NCBI RefSeq assembly: GCF_009914755.1
Contig: NC_060944.1
Source: the human T2T-CHM13v2.0 reference genome, Homo sapiens
DNA: 64,000 nt
Direction: 5' to 3' (one strand)
Below are positions 24,251-37,590 of the stretch, in pieces. The notes beneath the pieces were generated by a model. It was not told the origin of the DNA, made no database searches, and saw only the letters and a list, made by a program, of their open reading frames with translations. Every line of letters begins with the position of its first letter. The first letter of the stretch is position 1. The translations under genes were made by a program, and so were the position numbers.

Positions 24251-24529
24251 ATTATCTAAAAAACATGCCCTCTCAGTATTCGAGAGTCCTGTTTGGATTA
24301 GTAAATGTTCTATTCTTGAAGAAACCCCAAGAAGGGCTTGAGAAGGGGGCTGGGAGCCTTCCCCACCTCCAAACAGCAAGCATATATCTTCTGTTCCACG
24401 TCCTGAGCGAGGGTATAGGTGGCCTCCAACCCAGTTGGAATAAAGGTCCTGCCTCACATGTGCAAATGCTGCCTGCCCATGTAAGGGAGGGAAAAAGCTG
24501 TTTCTCTATTTTTTGTTAAAAACGACCCT

Positions 24530-26100
24530 TTCAGCCCATCTCTGTTCTTATATTTGTGTGCCTCTTTTAAACAATGTATAATTGAGTCTTATTTTTTTCA
24601 TCCTGTCTGACAATCTTTACCTTTTAATTGGGTATTTAGTCCATTTAAATATCAACAATTATGTAGTTGGGTTGAAGTCAATCATCTTGCTATTTATTTT
24701 TTCTGTTTATCCTATCCTTGGTTTCTTTTTTCTTCCTTTTCTTATTTCTTTTGGATTAATCAAATATTTAAAAAATTGTTGTTTTATGTCCTCTGCTCTT
24801 TAAATGGTATCTTTTGTATTATTCTTTTAGTGATTACCTTAGAGATTATATGTATTCTTGACCTAGTGCTGCTTCCTGTACAAGAATCTTACATCCCTCC
24901 CATGTTTATGTTATTATTATATATTTTATTTCTACATATGTTATGTCTTCCTATAAGACATTGTCATTATTATTTCTTTCAGCAGTCAATTTCCTTTTAT
25001 GGTTACTCACATATTTACCATTTCTGGTGCTCTTCATTCTTGAGTTCTAGGATTCTGTCTGCAGTTGTTTTCCTTTATTCTGAAGAAATTCCTATTTCTT
25101 ATAGTGTTATCTGCCACTAATAAATTCTCAGATTAATAATTTTCAGATCAAATTTTCTGATCAAATTTTCAGATCAATAGTTTATTGATCTGAAAATATC
25201 TTTATTTTGCCGTAAAATTTAAGACTATTTTACTGGGTATAGAATTCTCAGCTGGCAGTTTCTTTTCTTTCAGCATTTAAAAAAATCATTCAGTGGTCTT
25301 CTGGTGTTGATATTTTCTGTTGAAAAGTCAGTTGCAAGTTGCTTCTTTGAAGGTAATTTGTCTTTTTTTCCCCTGGCTGCTTTTGGTTTTCAGCAGTTTG
25401 ACTATGATGTGCGTAAGTGTGGTTTTGTTTGTATTTATTCTGCTTGGAGTTCACTGATCTTTTAAATCTAGAGGTTGATGTCTTTCATCAGTTTTGAAAA
25501 GCATTCAGATATTATCTCTTCACTATTACTTCTGCATTATTCTCTCTCTCCTCTCATTGTGGGGGTACTAACTATATGTATACTAGACTATTTGACTTTG
25601 TCTCATAGGTCTCATGCCCTATTCTTTTTTTTTTTTTTCATTTTTTTTCAATCTCTGAATTCCAGATTATTTTTTTGCTGACCTGCCTTCCAGTTCACGA
25701 ATCCTATCCTCTTCTGTATGCAGCTTGCTATTAAATCTATTGAATTAGTTCTTAATTTTAGATGTATTTTTTTAGTTTTAGAATGTCCATTTGATTCTTT
25801 TCTATAGATTGCAATTCTTTTCCACCATTTTATTCAATTTTCCTTAATTTTATTTAACATTATTTGTAACAGTTATTTAAAGTTTTAATCTGCTAACTCC
25901 AATGTGAATCTTCTGGAGGGCCCACTTCTAATGCCTATTTCTTCTCTTGATTATTGGTTATATTGGCCTTTTCACATGTCATATATACAAAATAAAATTA
26001 AAAAAAAAAAACCCAAAACTTTTCTGGGCTTGTATAAATGGATTGTAAAGACTTTAGTTGATATTATTTCCCCCAGAGCATTTGCTCTTTCCTCTGTATA
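24530..26100 (-). mobile_element. Very old L1M (ORF1/ORF2 junction) remnant
   Basis: ctgggtatagaattct, gaaaagtcag and cagcagtttgactatgatgtg motifs. Confidence 0.7.
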
Positions 26101-27101
26101 GGGCTGAGCATCTCCATCCAGTTGGGGATTGAACTGGGTTGGGGCTGGATAGCAGCTTTAGGAGGACTCAGTTTGCCTCTGTGTTCAGTTGTCTCAAGGT
26201 TGAAATCTGTGTCTGTTTCAGGCTCCTCCTTCAGTGGGACTCTGTCTCCCAATGATCTCATTCGGCTTTTCTATACCAGCACCTACAACCCCAGCCTCCC
26301 TGGTGCTCGGCAAATGTCCTAACAAGAAAAACAGCTGTGCATTCAGGCGAGACTTAATTAATCATGCCAGCCACAGTGGATGTCAGAAGCTCTGCTGGTT
26401 TCTCTCTCTCTAAGCCAAGTCTGATTCTCATTCAGCCCGTGTGTAGACTCAGGAGTGCCCCCGAGACAAGAAAGCAGCTCCCACTCCCAGCTCTTCTTGG
26501 AAAGACTTGTCCCTTTCTGTCATCTTAGTTCACCTGGCCCTCTTTGCTTCTACTGCTTTCCAGTGATTTTTTTTTTTCTTAAATGATTTTTTACCTGTTT
26601 TATTTTTCTTAACTTTAAAAATCCTGCAGCAGGAGAATGGCCTACTACTCACTATTCTCTGCCCAGGAGCAGGACTTAATTCTGTTTTCAGTACCTACTT
26701 TTTACTCCAGCCCCATTCCTTCCCCCACCACCCCAAATCTCATATCTGATGGGTGTCTGACCGTTTTATGCCATTGCCATTTTACACACAAGCTACCTGA
26801 AGCCCAACTGAGGATCATTCAGTCACTGCCATAGTACTCTCCCCATCTCAGTTCACATGTGGGGCAGGATGCTTTAGGCCTGAGCTCCGAGTGTGTCCTA
26901 GGGCTTCTGTCTGGCTCATCCACACGTTTGTTGAGTACTCAGTGTCGTGCCTGGTGTATGGTGGGCACTCAACATTTGAGTGAGTGTGGGGGCTGAGGAT
27001 AGGGGCTGCTAGCTGACCCTTGAAGGGAGAGGATAAGGGGCAGAGGGCATGGAGGAGGGGGTATGCCAGTTGTGGTTCTGAGCAGTCTGGTCAAATCACA
27101 G

Positions 27102-27231
27102 GAACGTTTGGCCTGAGTGTGTGGAAAAGACTACAGGATGCCTGTGATGGTCCTCGTGAAAACAGAGCAAGCTTAGAGGAAGATGGTGACTCCACTGGCA
27201 CCACCCAGAAGGTCTTACATCTGGAGCTGCA
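27102..27231 (+). CDS. EFCAB8: EFCAB8 internal coding exon (130 nt)
   Basis: aatcacag|GA completes G+GA (phase 1); GTFGLSVWKRLQDACDGPRENRASLEEDGDSTGTTQKVLHLELQ; donor CA|gtgagt (phase 2). Confidence 0.85.
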
Positions 27232-27759
27232 GTGAGTGAGCACAGCCTGCTTGATCTTCTCTGGCCTGAGGAGGGAGAGGCTGTGAGTCTTCCCAGGTCC
27301 TGGGAAGCCTCTACCTGGGTTGGGTAGAGCTAGGCATGGGTGGGGAGGACCCTCAGAAGGCCAGAGGCTTGAGGGTTGCAGGCAGCTCTACTCCACAGTG
27401 GCAGCTATGGCTGGAGAGCCCAGGCCCTATTTTAGCCCAGCTCAGCTGAAAGGTTGAGCAGTGAAAGGGGAAAATACAAAAACCCAAGTGCTTGGATGGG
27501 GCCCTGTCCCCCAGCCAGGCCCAGATTTGCTAGAGCTGGCTTCCCTGCAGAGATCATTGCTGCATGGCCAGAGGTCCCTGGCAGAGGAGTGCTCAGGCCC
27601 AGGCCCAAGTCCCTGATCCTGAGAGGACATTTGTGTTATTTCCCTGATTTGCAGGGAGGAGCAGGCTGCTGGCTACTTGGTCCTCCCCCTGCAGGTTCAT
27701 CTCCTACCCACTCCATCCACTGCATCTTTATTCCTGACCAAGTCTCCAGTAATTCTGGT

Positions 27760-28200
27760 TCATTCAAGAAAATGTGTATTGAGATCCTACTGACTGCCAG
27801 ACCTTGTGCTAGGTTCTAGAAATACAAGACATCCAGACACAGTCCTGCCTCAGAGAACTCACAGTTTACTCAGGGAGGTGGACATGCAAACTCATGGCTG
27901 CAATTTTATGTGATAAGTAATGAGAGTATTAGGAACAGGGATGGCTCAGAGGACAATCTACATGATTGAGTGGATCAAGTAAGGAAGGCTTCGTAGGAGA
28001 GGTGATTTTGGAGTTGGGTTTTGACATTTAAGTAGGAGTCTGTCAGGCATCCACAGAATCTTTGTGACTCCTATGCTTCCATCAAGGCATACATCTTGAC
28101 AGTACAGTGGAGGGACATCAAACAAGGCAAAGGCAGGGTTTCCCTGGGGCAGGGGGCAGACATGTTTAAATAGTCCACAAGGGGAGGTCCAGATAAAGCC
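27760..28200 (-). mobile_element. L2 fragment
   Basis: tcattcaa...tattgag..cctact..tgccag..cttgtgctagg L2 3' end. Confidence 0.6.
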
Positions 28201-28458
28201 AGATCGGGTGTCAGGTCTGCATGGTGGAGAGGACAGAGTGGTGGGAGAGTGGCAGGACTGCTGGGCCAGCTGGATCCAGGCTTTGCAAATGTTAATTCCA
28301 TACTTACTCAGTGATGGACTCTGGGGAGTCTGGCCTGAGGGAGGGATGGAAGATTGGAAAGGATCAGGCCAGGAAGGGGAGAGGCTTTCAGGGTTTCTGG
28401 GAGGGTCACCCTGCTTTGCAGTGGGGGGACATCTTGTGAAGGAAAGCCCCCACACTAG

Positions 28459-28663
28459 GGAGCAGCGGGATCTGGCTGAGGCCCTGATATACCAGCGGCG
28501 AGAGCAGGCGGCGCTGATGGCTCTCCTGCATGGGAAGGCAGATAAGGAGGCAGACACTTGGGCCAAGCTGCAGAAGATGGCCCTGATGTCCCCGTGGGCC
28601 GGAGAGCGCCCCCTGGAAGACATTGAGGACAGCTGGAACAAGTGGGAGTCCAGGGACAAGCAG
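28459..28663 (+). CDS. EFCAB8: EFCAB8 internal coding exon (205 nt)
   Basis: cacactag|G completes CA+G; EQRDLAEALIYQRREQAALMALLHGKADKEADTWAKLQKMALMSPWAGERPLEDIEDSWNKWESRDKQ; donor CAG|gtgagg. Confidence 0.85.
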
Positions 28664-28743
28664 GTGAGGCTGGGAGGGGAGCACAGGGAGGAGTGCAGGG
28701 ACCCCCAACTCGCAGCCTTCATTCTTGGGCGTGGCTCCTGCAG

Positions 28744-28842
28744 GTGAGCAAAGTCTTGGGAGCGGCGTATAAGCCCAAGGAACGCTTGCAGAATACCAGG
28801 TTCCTGTCCACCAGGGTGCCATATGGCTGGATGAAGCATCAG
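28744..28842 (+). CDS. EFCAB8: EFCAB8 penultimate coding exon (99 nt), after an 80-nt intron
   Basis: ctcctgcag|GTG acceptor, CAG|gtaagg donor; VSKVLGAAYKPKERLQNTRFLSTRVPYGWMKHQ; phase 0/0. Confidence 0.85.
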
Positions 28843-29816
28843 GTAAGGTGGGATGGGGCAGCTCCCCAAGAGGCTGGGTCAGGGGCCAGGGGATCCCATG
28901 TCCACCAGCAGCCACCCTTGTGCCCACACAGCCCTTCAGTGAGGGTGGACAGGAGCCTTTGTCCTTTAACAGGATTCTGGGCCATGGACAGGTCTGGGAT
29001 GAGACTAATGTGGCCAGTTTGTTTGCCAAGGCCCTGGCTGAGGTCAGTGGTGCAGCTTTTGTCCTTGAGGACAAGCCTCAAGGGCCTGTGGGACAAGGTC
29101 TCCTTGGGCAGGACTCCTGTCTATAGCCTCCAAGCATTTCCTATGGTCTGTGGCTGTCTATTTGCTGGTTAGCATATTTCCCACCTGTGTCCCCACTACT
29201 TTGGTGCTCAAACAGCAGACTAGGGCATCATGCCAGGCCCATAGTAAGAGACAGGGTAAACGGAGTGGCTCTCCATCAGGGACAGAAAGGAGCAGGGGAT
29301 GTTCGAAAGAGCAGATTTGAGCTCCAGATTTGAGATCCCAGCCTCCCCGTCCTTGTCTGCCAGGGGAATATTGTGGGAGCTCCCTCCTCCCTGTGGTCCC
29401 CTTAAGAATAAATGAGATAACACCGAAGGCCATGCCCCTGCAGGGCCCCCCTGTCTCGGGCTGGGGAGAGGCTGGTGTGAGATGGATTGCTCCAAGGAGC
29501 TCTTTGCACCTGGGCCTCACCCAGGGTCCAGCTCGAGGCCTCATTCTCAGAAGCGGGCAGTCTGCTCGCCAGCTCACAGAGTTGCCACAAGCGCCGTAAC
29601 TGGGTGGAGAGCAGGGCTGGGCACCTGGCCTGGTGCAGGGTGGATGCATGGGCCCGCAGGCCACGGTGGTTAGTGGTAGCCACAGTCCTCTGGACACACG
29701 CCTTCTTGGCATGGGAAGACCTCAGGGCGCCTCCTTCCTGTGAGTCTACTCTTGATCCTGGGTGTCCCCGGCTCCAACTGGTGCCCCATTCCCGCTCCCC
29801 ACTCTGTTCCCTGCAG

Positions 29817-30290
29817 ATCTCGCCTCAGGTCTACCAAAGCCTGCACTTCAGTGATCTGATGCCGACTCAGCAGCCTGACTTCCTGACCAGCAGGGGCCCA
29901 GACCAGCAAGACCAGCACATCCGCCTGGTGGCCCACCATGTCCAGAAGGACCTGGTGCCCAGCAGGGAGCAGGCTGTGCTGGATACCACGGACAGCACGC
30001 CTGCGGCCGCCTCCTCCCCATCTTCCTTGTTATCTGTCACTGCCTCAGCCTCCAGGCTGCTGGACTCCAGCTTGCCCACCTTCCTGACGCCCCAGTTCTC
30101 CTTCTTGCTGCGGCCCCAGTCAGCCTCCACAGCCCATTCCACCCCCTCGGTCCCATCCCCGGTGTCCAAGTCCACCCTGCAGGGGTCAGTGACCCCCAAG
30201 CACATTGTCTCCTCCTTCGAGCGGCCCCCAAGGCCTCTGAAGGCCACCTTCATGTCCTCTGTGAAGGGGAGCTCCCATGTCAGGTTCTGA
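29817..30290 (+). CDS. EFCAB8: EFCAB8 terminal coding exon, Ser/Pro/Thr-rich tail, ending in TGA
   Basis: Strong pyrimidine tract ..gttccctgcag|ATC; ISPQVYQSLHFSDLMPTQQPDF...GSSHVRF*; in frame with the previous exon. Confidence 0.85.
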   Translation: MSPQVYQSLHFSDLMPTQQPDFLTSRGPDQQDQHIRLVAHHVQKDLVPSREQAVLDTTDSTPAAASSPSSLLSVTASASRLLDSSLPTFLTPQFSFLLRPQSASTAHSTPSVPSPVSKSTLQGSVTPKHIVSSFERPPRPLKATFMSSVKGSSHVRF

Positions 30291-30486
30291 GGTGCTCCGC
30301 TGTCTTCTCTAGTCCTCCAGCAGGGCAACCAGGCCCATGGCGGTCCTGCATGTTCTCGGCTTATTCCCTACCAGACCCAGAGGATGTGGCTCTTCCCCCG
30401 GCCACCCCACTGGGCCTCTCTGGGGAAGTTCACCTGTCTCCTAATCTTGTCTTCTCTCTGGCCCCGCACAGAGCCCTGGGGCAGAA

Positions 30487-30492
30487 AATAAA
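30487..30492 (+). terminator. EFCAB8: EFCAB8 polyadenylation signal AATAAA
   Basis: Canonical hexamer about 200 nt after the stop, followed by GT-rich sequence. Confidence 0.8.
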
Positions 30493-31014
30493 TGTTCTCA
30501 GCTGTGGGCATCCACAGGTGATGAGGTTGGGCTGTGTGTTCCTTGCCCCCTTAGGTCCTTCCTTTTCTGAGACCAGTCACATCCCCTGGCCCTGGCAGAG
30601 GCAGAGAGGAGAGTCCAAGGACACCTGGGCATGGCTGGTTGGCTTGGAAACTTGGTTCAGCCTCATGGCAAGAGTGAGGACCGGCAGCCATCTGGTGAGG
30701 GTCATGGCTGTTTGTCTTCTGCCCCTGCTGTCTGTCAGTCTTCCCTCATCATCAAACACTCCACCCCAAGCACCTTGTTCTGTCCCGTGTGCAGAGAGGG
30801 CTGGAAGCATGGTGGGCAGCACCCCTCCTGGCTCTGCCGCTGTCAGGCTATGGAGTCCCATGTGTCCTTCCCCTCTGGCCCAGAGGCACCTTTCCAGACC
30901 TCTGCTGGGCCATCAGCCCTCTTGGCAGCTGGAGATCCCATTCTGGGGCATGTGGGGCCCTCTGGACATATCACCTGCAGCCTGAAGGGAGCTGGGGCAG
31001 CCCACTGCTACTGA

Positions 31015-31593
<579 letters not shown>

Positions 31594-31698
31594 TAAGCCC
31601 TCCCAGCTTGGTTCTTGCATTAAGGAGTCAGGGGCACGCAGGAGCCAGGCATTATTGAGGCCAAAGTCCATCTGCAGTCTGTATCCCAATACCATCTC

Positions 31699-31805
31699 TG
31701 TATCCGTTTCCTAGTGCTGCTGGAAAAAAAGTACCACACTTGATGTCTTAAAACAACAGAAACTAATTGTCTCAGCTCTGGAGGCTGGAGGTCAAGGTGT
31801 CAGCT
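31699..31805. mobile_element. MLT1 LTR terminal fragment
   Basis: cttaaaacaacagaaa...ctggaggctggag..tcaaggtgtcagc. Confidence 0.65.
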
Positions 31806-32184
31806 TGGAAGAGGCTGCAGCTTACGTGTCAGTAGCTTCCCAGTAAACCCACCCAGCAGCCCTTGTTGATTTTCACTTTCACAACAAACACCTATTAAGT
31901 GCCTTCTAATCTAGAAAACTCTTCCTTATGGTGGAGCTGAAAAAGGCGTCCGTCTGGGGCTGAGGAGAGGCTGCTGTCTGGGCCACAGAGGATCATGGGA
32001 TGTGTCCCCAGGAGGAGGTGCTGGGGATCAGACACCTTTGTGGTCGGGGTTGGGGGCACAGGTGATGGGGCCCTGCCCAGGCCACGCGGACCCCAAGCAG
32101 TGCCTCCCCTGACCTTCCCCTCATACCACCTCCCCTGGGAAGTGGCTTCTCATTTTAGAACCCTGCCTTTGTGTCCCAGGGCTT

Positions 32185-33539
<1,355 letters not shown>

Positions 33540-33581
33540 GCCCCCGAGGTCGGGGAGCAGAAGAGAGTGTGGCTGCACTGA

Positions 33582-34313
<732 letters not shown>

Positions 34314-35529
34314 TGATATGACCTCATTTTGCAGAGAAAGAGAGGTTCAGAGAGGTGAAATTGCTTGCCCACGATCACGCCAGGAAGTGGGGGAGTCAGC
34401 GTTTGAACGCTGCCAGGCTCAGCTGCTCTGAGTGCAACTGCTGGGCTGTCCCAGATAACTCAACCCCCACAAAGCTATGTCCATTGGCTTTGGGGCCTGT
34501 CCTGGGCTCTGGCCTTGCTCCCTTGGGAGGAAGGACCCCTGGTCCCTCCTGACTGTGCTGTCCTGGTGTCTGTCCAGTTTAGCCCAGCCTGCGAAGGGCT
34601 TGGTGACTTTGGCCACCACTTGAGGTGGGAGGGGAGTGTCCCTGCCAAAGGCTCATTGGCTGATGCCAGAAATCAGCTTCATTTACCCAAGGTACCCAGC
34701 TGATGCACCCAGTCCTGGTTGTCAGCACCTCAGGGTCCTGCCTCTCCAGCGCTGAGCCCTGGTGTAGTCTGTACAGGTTTGGAAAGTGAGTTGTGGGCCC
34801 GGGCAGGGGCGCAGCTGGGATTGGAAAGGAAAGGCAGGACAGGCAAGGCCTGGGGCAGCTGTGGGCTCTCTTGAGCGGGATAAGCGAGATGCTCCTCACC
34901 AGTCCAGACTCTATTTCCAAAACCCTCTCCTGCCCATCAGCTCACTTGAGCTGGACAACAGTTTTCTTAGGCATTTGCCCCATTTTACAGCAGGGCAAAC
35001 TGAGGCTCAGCGAGGAGTAAGGTTTCACAGCTAGAAACTGGTAGAGCTAGGATTCGAACCCAGGGTTTTCTGAGCTAAAGCCCTCGATCCTTCCATTACA
35101 TCCTGCTCTGCGCAGCATCTCAGGTGGAGAACTCAGGAAGTGGGGAGGTGTGTGGATAAGCTGGTGAAAAGGCCCAAGGCCAGGCCTAGGGCTGGTCCCT
35201 CCTCTGCCCAGAGGAAGGACACGGGGGAAGGACACTGGGGCTGGGGAGCAGGGAAGATGGGGGTGGTAGCAACCAGGCTTCGGGGGATTTTCTTAGAGGC
35301 TTCTGCATAACCCTGACCTGGAGGGTGGTTCAGGGTTTCCTTTAGAGACCCAAGATCCTGACATGGGGACACCTGGCTGGACACCATGGACCAGGACAGG
35401 CCAACCTGTCCCCAATCCCCTGACTCTGGGACTCTTCAAACCTCCCCTCAATGCACCCAGCCCCATTACAATAACATTCTGTGACCCACCCTTGAAGGGG
35501 TCAGTTGACCCTAATGTGTCTTTTCCCTG

Positions 35530-36085
35530 CCCGGTGCTGTTTGTGCCACGAGGACAAAACCAGGTTGGGCAAAGCAGAGTCAAACTTTATTCGTTGATCA
35601 AGGAATGGGGAAGGGGAGCTCATGTTCAAACCACCTTCTCCCTAAGGCATAGGGCAAAGGGGGATTTTAAGGGCTTTTAGGGCAGGTAGGTGGAGACTGG
35701 GCCAGGGATTCCTGGAGAAAGGTGGGTTCTTCCAGGAGGGGCTGGACCCTGCACAGTCTTGTCTTTTGCACCCAGCACTTTTTGTGCCTAGCAAGGTGCA
35801 TTGCTCCCCCTGGGTGGAGATTTTCTCAGGGTAATGAGGCAAGAGTTCAGTCAAGGCCGCACTGCTCGGTTCAGCTCATCCTGTGGCTGGTTCGTGGTTA
35901 TTGGCTTCCAGCCTTCACTTCTGCAAGCACAGCAGCAAGCACAGGTTAATTTCGCAGGTTGCGGGGCTTTTCTGAAAAAACTAAGATCATGCTGCAGTGA
36001 CGCTTTCACTATGTTTCTCACACGATGTAGATCTGGTGAATTGTAGGCACTTAAAGAATTGTAAGGTCTGAGTCTCATCTCCTAC
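35530..36085 (-). mobile_element. Probable ERV solo LTR (family uncertain)
   Basis: ctttatt (minus-strand AATAAA) and a ttttaa TATA-like spacing typical of an antisense LTR; termini not firmly defined. Confidence 0.5.
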
Positions 36086-37048
36086 TCTGACTTCAGCCAA
36101 CCCTGGAGATTTGCCTCAGGTGCCACAGCCCACAGGCCATCCCTCCAGGCAGCAGGTGCCCAAGATGCAGCCGTCACAGGCCCCAGCATGACAGGCAGGG
36201 TTGAGCTCCACCAATAGCGAGTGAGCAGCCATGTCTGTCCCACTGCCCACACCCAGCCTCTCCCACCCAGGCCCTACCTGGGATGCCGGGTAGATCATTC
36301 CAGAACACCAGAGTCAGAAGGAGCTTAGAACCCAGATGGGGAAATGGAAGCCAACGTCCCCCAGGAGCCGGCATGAGGAAGCTGGATTGAGGCCCTGCTT
36401 CCTGGTCACCAGTCATCCTGGTGCGTCCTCGAGTGCCCATGCCCCTTCGCACCTGCTCTCTGCTTTTTGCACCAATGGCGTAAACCCCACTTGGATTTAG
36501 CTCTTTTCTGATTCTAAAAGTAGCACAGACTGAGTGTAGAAAATTAGAAAGACATAGAAAAGCATCAAAGTCAATAAAAACCACCTGAACTCCATCACCC
36601 AGCGATCATTTTGGTGCATTTTTCTTCTAGATTTCTTACCCCCGCCAAAAAAAAACCAGGGTTCATTTGCCTGGTGAGCCACAAACCACTCACTGTGAGA
36701 ACTCGGGTTTTGATCAATAGGAGCTTCATTACTTGGCACAAGTAAGGAGGGTGCTGGGTGTATTCTCCAAAGCACGGTCTCCCTGAGGGAAAGTGACGGG
36801 GGGCTTTCTGGGTGATGGAGAGGGGAAGGGGTGCATCACAGCATACAGAGGAGGGGTCCCAGTTGCACAGATGCAGTGAGTCATCATGCGGCACATAGGT
36901 CTCATGTGCTGGTGATGAGGCTACAGCTCCTTCTGGGCGGGAGACTTCAGCATGGTTGTGAGAAAGTTCACTGGAGTTCATCCGTAAGTTGCCGGTGTCT
37001 GTGGGGTGCCCGTTTTAACCAACTAGGCGACTGCATCCCACATAGGGG

Positions 37049-37339
<291 letters not shown>

Positions 37340-37482
37340 CCACATAGGGTTCAGGAGGAAATGGGCTGCAGAGTGGGAGGCTGTCCAACAGGCTGACTGC
37401 CAAGTTGATCATGAAATTTCTATCGTCCCTGGAACCCTCCCTGTCTGTGTACAGAGACTTTTCTGTTTTTATGTGAATGTGT

Positions 37483-37590
37483 GCACACACCCACATACAC
37501 ACCCAAGCATACCCTTACACTCACACATGCACACTCAGACTCACACTCATTCACTCACTTATATACTCACACACATGCACAACTCATAAT
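37483..37590. repeat. Degenerate (CA)n
   Basis: Imperfect CA/CACT array. Confidence 0.75.

Noticed and set aside
27958-28869. 303-aa minus-strand ORF, the longest in the track
   Set aside because: Non-ATG start, antisense shadow of GC-rich EFCAB8 exons plus L2 sequence; no recognisable domain.
29487-29816. N-terminal part of the 267-aa ORF
   Set aside because: Intronic open frame upstream of the strong acceptor at 29816.
36116-36298. Cys-rich minus-strand peptide (CHAGACDGCILGTCC) resembling a defensin
   Set aside because: No signal peptide or convincing exon structure, and cysteine spacing does not fit; likely chance in TG/GC-rich DNA.
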